Origin: Octopus vulgaris
Lineage: Eukaryota
Assembly: GCA_951406725.2 (NCBI GenBank)
Contig: OX597814.1
Span: 42,036,001-42,100,000 of the forward strand
Direction of reading: 5' to 3'
Length of the DNA stretch: 64,000 nucleotides
Below are positions 40,224 to 53,539 of this stretch, piece by piece; position 1 is the stretch's first letter, and every line of letters begins with the position of its first letter. Below the pieces are notes generated by a model. That model was not told where the DNA came from and made no database searches. It worked only from the letters and a program-made list of their open reading frames with translations. Made by a program: the position numbers and the translations under genes.

Positions 40224-40280
<57 letters not shown>

Positions 40281-40720
40281 GAATATACACGCATATATGC
40301 ATGCGTACACATACATATACGCACACACACATGCACACATACACGCGTACGTATATATATATGCACGCATACATTCACATACGTACACATATGCATGCCC
40401 ATATTTGTAGTATTAAACAACAAAGACTTGAGAGTTAAAAATACTTGGTTGCAAGTACCTAGGGGCTCGTTATATTCATTTTGTAGTATTGAAGAGCTGT
40501 GTTTTAATATGTGGAATGTCACTTTTAGGCGTAACTTACAGGCTGAGTGTTGACCTTAGTATGGAAGCCCTGAATCTATTATAGACCTCAACAAGCTTTA
40601 GGGAATATTTCTACCTTCGAGATGATGTATGTGACTCACGAGTCGTTGTGGTTTTACTTTCTAGCTCGTACTGAAAGAATTGAGATGCGCAGCATAACGA
40701 TGCTTCAAATTTATAGTTGA

Positions 40721-40787
<67 letters not shown>

Positions 40788-41362
40788 ATAATAATAATTA
40801 CTTTAGACCTTCTGCAATGGGGTTGTAGAGGGCAAATGGTCCCAGGACGGCATTTACATGGTAGTGTATTGTGGGGATTATTCTCAGGAATGGAGGGGAT
40901 AATTTTGTCAGAGAATAGGTTATAGATGGGGGTAGATTGGTGTATGTTATTAACATTATGATTACTATTATCATTAATATTTCTATCGTTGTTGTTATTT
41001 ATCCTATCGGTAATAGTGGTGGAAGCAGTGTTAGTAGTATTCTGGTTATTGTTAGTGGGATTCGTAGGGATTCTGTTGAGGTCTAAAGTATTGGCTTCGG
41101 AATTGAAGCTATGGATATGTTGGGCGCTTGTGTTTTCAGAGTTGTCACAATGTACATTTTGGTAATAGAAAGGCGTCACCTCTGTACAATCATCCCTTGA
41201 TGTCAGAGAAATGTATTTGGAGCTCTTGGTGTATGTATAGTCCGACGAAGGCGTCGACTTGTGTGAAAACGGATGATCACGTAGCATTGTCAAATAATTT
41301 GTTATGGATGTTCTTATACTTAGAGCGGTTGGCTCGGCACCAACTAACATTCCTCGTTTCAA
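39341..41362 (-). mobile_element. Penelope-like element: GIY-YIG remnant plus HHR-bearing pseudo-LTR
   Basis: ORF 40661..41362(-) CKCRPGTICPLQPHCRRSKVII..[TA]n..STINLKHRYAAHLNSF, continuing LVSHIHHLE...ACKLRLK..HIL...NE.LGTC. HHR CTGATGA...GAAAC-AGCT-GTA at 39392-39353. Confidence 0.8.
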
Positions 41363-41404
41363 TTTTTTTGTTTTTTTGTTTTTTCACTAATTTAATCATT
41401 TATC

Positions 41405-41958
41405 ATTTTCTCTTGTTTTCATTTTCTCTTCCTCTTTCTTTCCTTCTTCATTTCTCAACTTTTCCTTTGACCGCTCTCGTCATTTTAACATACACATCTC
41501 TTCTCCCGTCTCTATCCACTTAATGCATTCTCAAATTTTCATTCACACCACAAGACCTCTTTGAATGAACAGAACATGGAATCTATGTCTCCCCACTTTC
41601 CATTTGCGATGACAAAATACGAATTCCTATTGGAATTTACATACCATGGACAGGAAGCATTTATACCACTTCTACAAACCACTTTCCTTCAATAAAGCAA
41701 CTGTAAATATAACATTTTTATATACTTTTATTTCTACATTTATTCTCCCATTTCCCAATATACTTCGTATTTACTTCCTTTTACAAAATAACTCCTGTAT
41801 CGAACTATAATATTTCCCTCTAATTAACCATCTCACATTGTCTCTTATAAAAGGATATCTCTAATATCACAGAAACAGCTGTAAGACTAACTTTCTCTTT
41901 ACAAATGTCCTGAAGTTTCTACACAGCCTTGACTTTGTAGCCTCATTTTATTTAACAC
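41405..41958 (+). mobile_element. Inverted copy of the same Penelope pseudo-LTR, at the element's 5' side
   Basis: Reverse complement of 39341-39665 and 38200-38267. Decayed HHR TGTCT-CTTATAA...GAAAC-AGCT-GTA-AGAC at 41839-41887. Confidence 0.85.
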
Positions 41959-42990
41959 ACACGCACACGCGCGCACACACACAACCACACACATACACAC
42001 ACACACACGCACACACATATATATATATATTATTTTGGTTTACGAGTTTTAGCTTTACGAGAGATTCCTGGAATAAATTAACTCGTATATTGATATATTA
42101 CTGTATGTATATGTGTGTGAATGTGTGTTTACCTCTGTTTGTAATAAAAATTATTTGTAAATATAATGTGACAGTGCTGTGTTGCACAGCCAGCCGGAGA
42201 TTATGTTTCTTGTGGATAAATAACAATAGCATTGCTGACTCTTTTTAAACGACAGAGATTCGTGACTGCCGTTGTGAAAATGGTGCCCTTCAAAATAGTG
42301 GCTTTCTAAATACGAAGTTTCAAAGTAAAATAAGGAACATTTTATAGGATGCACAACAAATTATATCTTAAACCTGACGAAGAAATTACACATAAGTTAC
42401 ATTATACTGAATCCCTTTTTATTTCCGATCAAACACTACATATAAGTTCCTTAAGCAAAAGTTTTATGAGTTTAGCCAGTCTTGCAGTAAAACATATTTC
42501 TGGGACATGTGTGACATTAAAGTGAAGCTTTATTTCCAATGTAACTCAACTCTTTTTTAAAAGTTGTGATACAATCAAACAGGAATCGTATAAAACAAAA
42601 ACTTACTCACTTTTATATTAGTATTTATAATTTTATTGCATCATTAAATGTACTATTTTAGTTATTAAATATTTTTCTACTGATTGTATGTAAAGCTACA
42701 GTTATATATTCTAATTCGCGAGATGAAAGTGATTTATCTTCAGCAACAGAAAATGAATTTTAATCTTCAAACGTTAGTTTTGTTTTAAACTTTAGAAGCC
42801 TTCGATGATTTAATAAGAAGAAAAACACATTACGTTTATCAGTGAATGAAAGTTTACCATTTATCTGGCTACATTACAAAACGCAAATTCCACAAAAATT
42901 CCTGTGTAAATGAAATGAAAAATATCTCATTAAAAGTACATTTGGGTAAATATAATCGAGTTGTATTTGATGTATTTGAATTACATACAT

Positions 42991-43067
<77 letters not shown>

Positions 43068-44652
43068 AATTCAAATACATCAAATGAAAATCGCACACAC
43101 ACACAGAAGCGTGTGCAAGTATATTTGTATATATAAATATATATACATATTTGTGTGTGCGCGTGCGTATGCGTGGGTGTATATGTATGTGTTGGTATAC
43201 AAACTACTTTTATATGTTTTGTATATGTTATGAAAGCATGGAGAATTAATAAAACAATTATAATCGAAAAGACATAGAGAACATTCTTACAGCAAAATTT
43301 CTCTCTAGCTTCTTAAACATTTAATTTCATTTGAAAATTAATTTATTTACCAAACAGGAATAAAACGAATTTAACCCACCAAGATTATATACTTTCCATT
43401 TGCTATTCATTGTTATTTTGTTTATTGCGTTTAGCAATATTGTTATGATAGGAAAAATAAATAACATTAATTTTCAGTCTGGTGTCACCTGTTTGAAAAC
43501 GTATTCATAACAAATTTTTATTTCTATTAAATTGACGGTTCATCATTTCTTCATTGAAATTCATTAAAATATGGATTTTCTTCTACTAATTTAAAAGAAA
43601 AATATAATGATTTAGAAATATCAATAGATATTGGTTACAGGAAAATTATCGAGAAAGGCTATTGATTTGAGAATCTAGGAATTATATGTCTAAATTCGGA
43701 TTAGTCCACTGGTCTGTGGAATATAAGTGATTATACTACTGAAACTGAGGCACAACAGATGATAAATAATTTTGTAATATTTATAAGCAGATACCAAATT
43801 TTATTGTGACCATAACTAATTTGTCCTAAATGCTTTAGTCAAGTGCTAATTCCAATATTTCTTGCATCACATGAACGCGTATGCATTCCAAGAAGATTAA
43901 CTTCATTACCTCTGCATTTCCGTGTCTGAAACCCAAATGTTGTGAGAAATTGCTTGAATATCTTGTAAGGATATAACCAAAAGTGTTATGTATATATATT
44001 TTACAGAAATCTGATATTCTCTAGTATTTACTGATAAATTATGACACGTTCTTTGTTATGTGAATAAAATTGTTCTTGAAAAGACTGCTTGTTTCAGGTA
44101 TTATCTTATCAAAAATATTTTTGTATTCGGTAATACATCAAAAATTTAGCAGTTGTCCAGTGAAATTTAATCTTTGAATTCAATGCCAAATGGTCCGTAT
44201 CTAGAACTTTATATGCATTTCGGTTAGGGATTTGTAAGTGCGGCATTACACACAGTGTATGCAGAAAGCAAATCTATGCATATGATGGTTAATGACTGTG
44301 CTAGATGTCGCTCCACGATGGTCATTTAAGTTCTTTCTTCCAATCCAGTATTACTTTGTCTGGAGGTTACTCTCTCTGGCAATTTTAAAATATGCCTAGA
44401 TTATGGAATTTGCATTAGCTAACAAATACACCTCTTATAATGATGAACCTCCGTAAGCTATTGAAAATAAAAGTCTAATAATTATTCTGCTGTTCGAAAC
44501 GTATACTCTGCAAGACTCTCAGACATGATTTCCTAGCAAAGAATGCAGTTTCAGAACAGGAATCGAAATTTCTCACAAATGTCTAGCCATTGCTTAGTTT
44601 GCGCGCAATTCCAGATTTGAAATGCACTGGACAAATGTACTTATACATATAC

Positions 44653-44684
<32 letters not shown>

Positions 44685-46147
44685 ATACATGTATGTATAT
44701 ATACAGATAGATACATACAAACATACATATAAATAATTAATCAATATCACGCTGGTCAAAGACTAATAATAAACTTGAGATCGTTAAAAGGCAATGCACG
44801 GAATTAAAATGAAATACGCGTTTAAAATTCAGCTGGCTAATTTAACAACTTAAAAAAACATGTTCTTTCATTAAACGAGAGTTCATTCGAAAGTACTAGC
44901 CCAATTCCTACTGACATTCTATGAAATTGAAATTTATGTGTAATTGTTAGAAAGAAAAAAAAGCAATAATTATTCAGTAGTAGTTAATTGGTAACTGATA
45001 ATCGAAACCACTGAATTCGATTCCCCTATTTTTTAAACAAATATGTATTGCTTTTGAAGCTAGGTTTACCCCACATTATTTTTTGTGTATCTAATGTGTT
45101 GTATTTTCGTACCAATCATTCATTCATTTTGTAACCTTTTTATTCTTCAATCATAATAGTCAGCTATTGAGCAAATTAGAAAATCTCTCGAGTCAGTAAA
45201 CCTGGGGAAAGAAACATGTTATTCGAATTGCGAATTACCCGTATCTTATCGCAATAAAACAGCCATGTAACATATTGAATTTTTTCCAGCCTACTGCATC
45301 AGGCTGCTAATTAATAATAATCTTTAGGCACATTTGCCTTTTTTCCCCACGAACGGATCAGAAGGTAAAATATTTTGATTTATGAAGGAGAATAACCGTT
45401 GCCAAAACATTAGATTCATTTCAGCAATAGAATCAGCAATTTACTTCTTTACTATTGAAGCCATTTTATTTGTCGCTTAAACTGTTTGTTGCATTATATA
45501 TTCTTCGTATACATGTTTTATAAAGTTTCTTGAATATGTTCATTCCATTCTTCGGTCAGATTTACTTTTAATCGTTCGTCGGGACAACTTCTTGCCAATT
45601 GCATGTCGATAAATATGTGCGCACATTTTGTTGCGCACATAACGCAAATTGTAATAGCCGTACGCTTTACGCAAACATGCATTTACGATATTTCGAGGGA
45701 AACGGGTGATTATTGTGGTAAGACGTTAACGATTAATTTAATTGCTTTTTATAGCTAATAAAGTAATTCATCAAATATTTTTAATGACGTCAATGTCAAA
45801 TTTCTTTAAATCTTATTATTTGTCTTAATCTTTAGGCGATTTTATAGCTTTTTGTATAAAATATATATATTTACATACTGAGACATTTTATGCTACATCT
45901 ATATGTTTTGCATGTCAATTTGATTATTTCCCGAAAAGGAATAAAGATTCAGTAACGGTCAGTGTTTGATTGTTCTAAGTATAACTGTGCAGTCGAAATT
46001 CTGAATTTTTGGCCTGCTCACAATGGCATTTTACTGAGATTACTAGAACAACAGAGATTACTAAAATTAAAATAAATTGTTTAGAACCATACAGCAAAAG
46101 CGATGCGTTACTATGTCATTTTCTAATTCATATATAGACTGATTAAT

Positions 46148-46357
46148 GGGGCTAGCAGGCAGAATTTTTAGTACCCCAGGTCATTTGCTTACCGGCATCT
46201 CGTTTACCTGTACGTCTTGAGTTCAAATTTTACTGGAATCGACTATACATTTCATCCTTTCGATACCAGTAAAACAAGTACCAGTTAAATAATGGGTCTA
46301 TTTAATCGATTTAGCCCATCCTCCAAACTTACTTGCATTGTGTCAAAATTTGAAACC
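46148..46357 (+). mobile_element. Nin-domain-like SINE, decayed full-length copy
   Basis: GGCAGAAT...GAGTTCAAAT...ATCGACTATACATTTCATCCTTTCG...AAGTACCAG...AATTTGAAACC; same family as 17935-18086. Confidence 0.65.
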
Positions 46358-47032
46358 GATATGTTAGCTGATTAAAATGCCCACGATATTAAGAGCTGTA
46401 TAAGTATAATTAGGTGGTATTTGATCATTTTTATTGCTAGTAACGAATATTGCAGGAAACTTATTTACCTTGTTTTATAATTGCAGTTAGTGAGTGAAAA
46501 TTAGTATACTAAATTGTATCAAATTGCTCGTAAACTTCTGTCTCTCACTCCTACACAGAGTTGTGTATACGAGAGAGTATATGTGTATGTTTTCGCGTGC
46601 GCGTAGGTGTACGTATGCCTCTGTAGTTTTACGACATCTTAGCTGTGACACTAACCAATTGGCATAAATCAATATATTTAAAATGTATTGTATTAATAAG
46701 CTCGGTTGTCGAGGAAGTGCGAAAACATTGACGTCGTCTGATGCGAGTGATTTTATGACCCAGAAAGAAAATAGAGTAGATAAACACAAAGCATAATATT
46801 AATCAATGAGTAAATACCAAACTTAAGATTTAAACAAACAACATTTGCATACAACTGTTTCGTCTATAAAGAAATGTGAACAGTGAAGTTAGTGATGAAG
46901 CAATGTCAATGAGAATAATTATCTAGAAACATTGTGCACTGAAAGATGTAAGAACCCTGTTCACACATCCATAGTCAAATATATATTCTAATAAACACGC
47001 TCGCAATCATCCACGCACATACCCAGATACAC

Positions 47033-47037
<5 letters not shown>

Positions 47038-47102
<65 letters not shown>
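47038..47102. repeat. (TA)n microsatellite
   Basis: Read directly. Confidence 0.95.
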
Positions 47103-47105
<3 letters not shown>

Positions 47106-49121
47106 TATAGCTAATCCACTCACACTTTTATTTAGAGAAGATTAATAAGCATACTTCACATTAAGTCGTTTGTGTTATTTTTCACTTTAAATATACCTAT
47201 CCTCTGTGTAACCATCTATACGTCTTTCTTGAACACTAACGATTTTCTTCATCGCAAGATGCATTATTCTTCTGATATTTATGTGTTCCTAAGTCACCTA
47301 TTTCCGTATATGTCTGTTTATTTCCGTGTGCTTAAATGACATTAGTTGAATAGTTGCTGTTAGTGTACATGATATGGTATATATTCGCTGTGTACGTTTC
47401 AAATTATTTTATATTTGTTTGTGACTTCTTTATATGTTTGTTTCTAAAAGTATTTCGTTGTTGATATCGGGAAAACGATAACAATCTTCCTCGGCATAAA
47501 AATGCTAATTGCTTGTTTTGGGTGTATTACATGAGAGTTTTTAGCATTAATGTTTAGCGTTTACATTAAATTACAATGCATATGCACACATTGTTGTAGA
47601 AAGATGTTACAGTATTATGCGTATACACACATCACAAACACACACGCACGCACACACACAGATATATATATATATATACACGCACACGCACACACACACA
47701 CACATATACATATATATATAGCGAGAGACAGGCAGACAGACAGAGACAGAGGGAGATGAGAATGAGAGAGGGAGAGAATATACAAGGTTCGTCACTTGAA
47801 GTAATATTATAGGTATGCATTACGTACCCCAAAACTGCGGCCTGCACTACATATGAAAGATGAGATGCTGCAGCTGCCTATCAAAGGTGGGTAGAAATGG
47901 ATTCTTCTTGGGCGGATGGATAATGGTTAAAATTGAAAACGAGAAAGCAAAACATTTCGGCATCACTGGAAATACATTGAATTTAAATAGAGAATATAAC
48001 CATAAAGCTGAGTAGTTATGATTAAAAAGAAAGTCTGTTACAGCTTTTTTCTAGAAAAGCCACGTAGGTGAATCATAATAATGGGTAAGGAATTAAGCTA
48101 AGTATTCTGTCATATGAGAGATAGGAGTAAGAACATATAGAAATTATGAATATCCCCGAAGCAAATATATCAATTTATGCACCCATATACATTTATATAT
48201 TATGTGTGAGTTAGTGTGCGCGTATGTGAACGTGTCTGTGTGAAAGTGCGTATGCATCCATGTCTGAGATTTTACATTAACTTAGTTTAATTGTTCTCCA
48301 ATTATGCCCAATTTTTTTTTAGAAAGAGACCCGCAATTCCCTTTTAATTTTACATGATTTGTCTTCTTCAAGTGTGGTATTTTAAGTTTAGAACACGTCG
48401 TCAATAATTGGATATCCTAACATATTATAATTCATCGGAATCAATTCAGTGCATTGAAGCTGTAAACGCCTACATTGAAATTGGATGCGTTTAATTGTAA
48501 TTTCCTAACAAAAGCTATTTATATTTATTTAACGTTGTTTTTCTTTACAAGGAAAACATCTCTGCTGTTTTTTTTCGTATAAAATGGAAGCCAAAGAGCT
48601 GCCAGTGATAGAAAACTCATACTTTACAGATCACTTGTCCTTTCTAATCAATTTAAGGTACCCTCATTGTATTTTTTATACCCCTTCATTGTCTGATATA
48701 CAAATTCCATCATTCTTCTGTGGAGTCTCAAATCGATTAGGCCTTATATGCTGCTAAAATGTAGTATTCTATCTTCCAAAATTCAATCAATATAGCACAG
48801 AAGACCTCAGCTGACCCGTGTGATTAATTTAAAGCTGCATTTTTGGATTTTTTCAAACAATTAACTGGAGAAACAAAATTAAAAAAGAAATGGGACGACG
48901 TGGAGGAGAATCATTTCTATTACTGAATCAATTCCCAGCAGCTATCTGCTACACGTCGTAGTAGTAGTAGGACAAGACGCTCAACCTAGGAGTGAAATAA
49001 ATATTTTTAATCTAATTTCCTTATTCATTCTAATTATTTGCTTAATGTTTTGCAGGAAATACTAACACGATTGAAATTGTTTTCCTCCTCCTTTGAATAA
49101 TAAGTGTTTTACGCTTGTTCT

Positions 49122-49293
49122 TAAGACGGTGTATTGGGAGAATTGCTAAGGCTTCGAGCAATATGTTTTATGGTATGTGTTAACGAAATTTTACATTGTA
49201 AGTTCAAACTTAACCTCGTCAACTCTTGATTTTTATTCTTCTTAAATCGATAAAATAATCTAAGAGTCAAGTACTGATGTCAAATATAATTGA
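49122..49293 (+). mobile_element. Heavily decayed Nin-like SINE
   Basis: AGTTCAAAC...GTCAACT...TCGATAAAATAA...AGTCAAGTACTG occurs in the same order as in the 46148 copy. Confidence 0.4.
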
Positions 49294-49579
49294 CAGTAGC
49301 CTCTTCTTCTTTTACTTATATTCCTTACGAAAGAAGAACGCCCAGGATAATAAGGCATGAAATGAAATAGTCTAATCGCATGTCTTTCAAACTCACCAAA
49401 GAGATGGGAAAAAGAAAATCGTGATAACAGGGAATAAATTATTCTCGAGAACAACCGCATATCTTGGCGAAACTGAGTATATGGAAACAAAATGTGTGTG
49501 TAAATATGTATGTTTGTATTTATATATATATATATATATACGTGTATGTGTATATAGTATATATATATATATATATATG

Positions 49580-49614
<35 letters not shown>

Positions 49615-49615
49615 G

Positions 49616-49657
<42 letters not shown>

Positions 49658-49673
49658 TGTGTGTATATAGTAA

Positions 49674-49722
<49 letters not shown>

Positions 49723-49725
<3 letters not shown>

Positions 49726-50457
49726 ACAATTGAGGGTAAAATTAATTAATTATTAATCAATTTCACCAAGTGTTCAGTATGCAAAGGGACCATTTAAGGC
49801 GAATTCAAATTATTACATTATATAAAAGGGCTTAGTAAAATAAATTACTTCGCCGCATACTGAACTCATTAGAAATAGCAGCCAAAAAACTTTTTTAAAG
49901 CTATTTCTAATACTTAAAGAAAATCTTTCTCATATATAGCGTTTGCCTAATTCAACTCACAAAAGTTTGGGAGTAAGGACATTAAAAAATCAAATGCTAA
50001 GGTTATTTGAGTACGTACGTTTCAAGATTAGTCAAAACAACACTTCTATCTTCAGCTCAGAAATTACTTGGTTTGGATTTGGAAACACTGAAAGTAAGAA
50101 CATACCCTTTCGAAGATTCGCTCGTTACTAACAGTGCCAACAAACCCAAAATAAGCAAGTGAAGAATTTCTGTCCTCCCCTTTCCACCAGCGTGGGTTAA
50201 AATCATCAAACGCTATGCTTATTTCGGTAAAATCCGAAGCATTAATTAGAGGGAGATTAATTATAATTTCAACAATTGAGGGTAAAATTAATTAATTATT
50301 AATCAATTTCACCAAGTGTTCAGTATGCAAAGGGACCATTTAAGGCGAATTCAAATTATTACATTATATAAAAGGGCTTAGTAAAATAAATTACTTCGCC
50401 GCATACTGAACTCATTAGAAATAGCAGCCAAAAAACTTTTTTAAAGCTATTTCTAAT

Positions 50458-50461
<4 letters not shown>
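49723..50461 (-). mobile_element. Young non-coding element in (TA)n: 193-bp identical direct repeats (period 546 bp) with an internal hammerhead; retrozyme/Penelope-derived
   Basis: 49723-49915 and 50269-50461 read identical base for base. HHR on the minus strand at 50059-50008. Flanked both sides by (TA)n. Confidence 0.85.
50008..50059 (-). ncRNA. Minimal type-I hammerhead ribozyme motif (intact core, GUA site)
   Basis: TGAG-CTGAAGA-tAGAAGT(gttgttttg)ACTaaTCTt-GAAAC-GTAC-GTA-CTCA: helix I TGAG/CTCA, palindromic ACGTACGT helix III, predicted cut between 50012 and 50011. Confidence 0.75.
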
Positions 50462-50522
<61 letters not shown>

Positions 50523-51570
50523 ATGATATATATATATATATCAAAGGTTAACTGTGTTAGAGGTTAAAATAACCATCGTAGGGATAGAATTAGCCATTAC
50601 CCTAACGATATATTACCCATGTTCAACCATGGACATACATATGCAAGCATATTATGCTCATAAGTTATAGGTAAATATACGTATAACCATGAGTTTATGC
50701 AAAATCAAAATTTAAAGAGCCAAATATTGGAGAGTCACGAAAAAAGAATCCAGTATATGGCGTAAATTTGTTGGTGTCAAGAAGGATAATCAGCTCTTGG
50801 AATGATAGGAAAGCAGACAGAGAAGAACAATGCACTCGTCTAAACTGCGTGGCAAATCGCCCAACGAAAGCTATCAGGGAACATACATAGTAAATGATGA
50901 TGGTGGATTTTGAATTAGTTTATATTCTGCAATGATAATGTGTAGAATTAAATATCATTTATTGTTTATAAGTTTCCATTATTAATAATTTCCACTCTTA
51001 CATTAATAAAATCATCATCTAATATGACGTTTAAATGTCATTATTAGAATGAAAATAAACGATTCTTTCAGGGGAGACAGTTTATGGCAGTCTGCACTCA
51101 GTGTAAAATAGACATTTGTTCACTGTTGTTAGTATCATCTTTCAGACAGATCTTTTGTAGATCGTGGATAGTAAAGAGTTGCAAAGCACAGATTTTGTAA
51201 TTGTTTATACGAAATATATTTATCGATTAACCTATCAAAAGCTTGATGTAATACTAGCTATACAGAATCAGAGTAACAATGCTTAAGAATACTTTGTACT
51301 ATATTACCCCTCAACAAAATATACTTTACTATTGCAACTATAGCGATGACACGCATTAATAGCTATAATAATTTGTACATTTCGCATGTCAGGTAAATTT
51401 TATCTTATATTATAAACCTGGTTTTAATACATGTAACATAATGCAGTAAACTATAATGTGCTATACATTTTGCATTGTAAAGTAAAAAATATGAATTACT
51501 GCTGTAATTTCTATTGAATATATTCTTTGGGAAAATCGGTCATATATATATAGAAAAACTTCTTTCATAT

Positions 51571-51740
51571 CTTCTTCTTCTCCTCCTCCTCCTCCTTCTT
51601 CTTTTTCTTCTTCTTCTACTACTACTACTACTTCGTCGTCTTATTTTCCTTCTTCTTCTTCTTCTTCTCCGCCTTCTTCATTTTCTTCTTGTTATTATCG
51701 TTGTTTTGTTGTTGTTGATGTTGTTGTTGGTGTTGTTATT
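51571..51740. repeat. Compound (CTT)/(CCT)/(CTA)/(GTT) trinucleotide low-complexity tract
   Basis: Read directly. Confidence 0.9.
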
Positions 51741-53539
51741 TTAAAATACAATCAGAGTTTAATATCAGCTTTTATTTATCACTCAAAATAATTTCTTTTC
51801 GAATCTAATTGAATACAGTTGTATTAAATATAATTAGATATCAAATTTGAGAAGGAATAATCTAGGAGATCCAACTGAGAAATATTTTAAAGAATTAGAT
51901 TGCAAGAAATGGTGTTATTACGAATATTAATATTGTAAGATAATTCATTGTTACGTCATGAATATCATCATAAATGATTGCAAACAACGTTTTATTCGTG
52001 CATGACGTCATTTAGTTTGATAATTCATTCTATGTCAATTATATTTGTTTGCTCACTGTTCAGTATCAGCGAAGTTTATTTAATATGCACAGCTGAACGA
52101 TCCATTCAAATAACAGGCTTCAGTTTTAAATTTGCAGAATGAAGTGTGAGAAGAACTTGAATTTACGGATGCACGGACTCATCATAATTGTTTTTTTTTT
52201 TATGTACGAAAATTGAAGAATGGAAAACAGTACAATAAATATATATACTTGTTTGATTGATACAGAAACAGGAACAAATAAGCAGTATATACAAATATAT
52301 AGGGAGATATCACAAGCAAGGTATTGCTTATAGACATACGAGAAACCGAAATATTTAGGCGATTGATTGACCAGTTTAAAATACACATATTCGTAGAGCG
52401 ATTAAATCTGGGCTTTCTCTACAGTAAGTTACAATGTTCCACTAAATTTATTCTACAATAGTTTGTCACAATTAGATGTGTTATAATCAGCATCAATTAA
52501 ATCATTTTTCACTTACTTTAGAATACTTCAACTGTATTAGTAATATTGGTAATATAATATTTAAATTCATAATTTGAAAGAAATTATATCTAATACAAAA
52601 ACAAGTATTGTATATTCGTATGAGAAACAAAAGAGTATATAATTAAGATTCCATATATGTGCGTGGCGTGTGTATATGTGTTTCTGCGTGCGTGAATGTA
52701 TGTCTGTGTGTGATTGCGCTTGTCTGTGTGTGCACGTGCACGCGTTCCTACGTTCGTTTGTGTATGTATGGAAAATATATAGTGCAATAGAAATGTAACC
52801 GGTATTTAAAATCTCGCACAAATTCCTATAAAGCAATAGCGAAAAAAGAAACAGGACTCCAAATAAAGAGTAGCAAATTATATGAAAATTAGTTATACAA
52901 AAGAATCCAGTAGAAAAGCATGTATTAAGCTTCAACTCATGCAATGAATTTCGAATAATATAAATTTGAAAATCAGAATATAGCTTTTAATTAATGGCCG
53001 TGTCGCTTTTTTATTTAGGTTACGAACTTCGTTCATGTTGCTAGACTCTTTGCATACTAAATGTATTGGAGCGCCATGAAGTTTACAGTAAATAGCCGTA
53101 CATCACATCTAATAGAAAGGTATTTGAAAGGTTATTCCACCTCTATATTACTCGAAAGCCCATTTGCCTACCCTTCATTCGACGCGCCGTTTCCTTAGAA
53201 ATTTAATATATACCTTTGTGTAACTCATATACATAGTCAGTTTAACTTAATAGCGTCTCACTTGCGTACATTGATCATGTGTCCCGAGCGGCGGCTTTCC
53301 CCAATAGCACTGATTTTTCCCTGTATATCAGAGGAGAGAGAGTTAATCAACGTATGTGATTTGAAATACGTTATTGAAAAGGTTTAAGAAATACGAAATG
53401 GCTTTAACATCCTTGAGAACACTGCGGTGCAGATTTATGCCACACACTTTTGTATATTTTATCTTTTAACAGAGCCTGTCTATGAAAGATTTTATTCCAT
53501 TCAGTAACCATAATATCATACCTATCAACTGTATATCTA

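Noticed and set aside
45784-45791. CRE palindrome TGACGTCA (also ~24254 and ~52003)
   Set aside because: Three 8-mers in 64 kb without promoter context are not informative.
49723-50461. CRISPR array or classical LTR/TRIM element
   Set aside because: Eukaryotic context and only two long repeats; no TG..CA ends, PBS or PPT seen.
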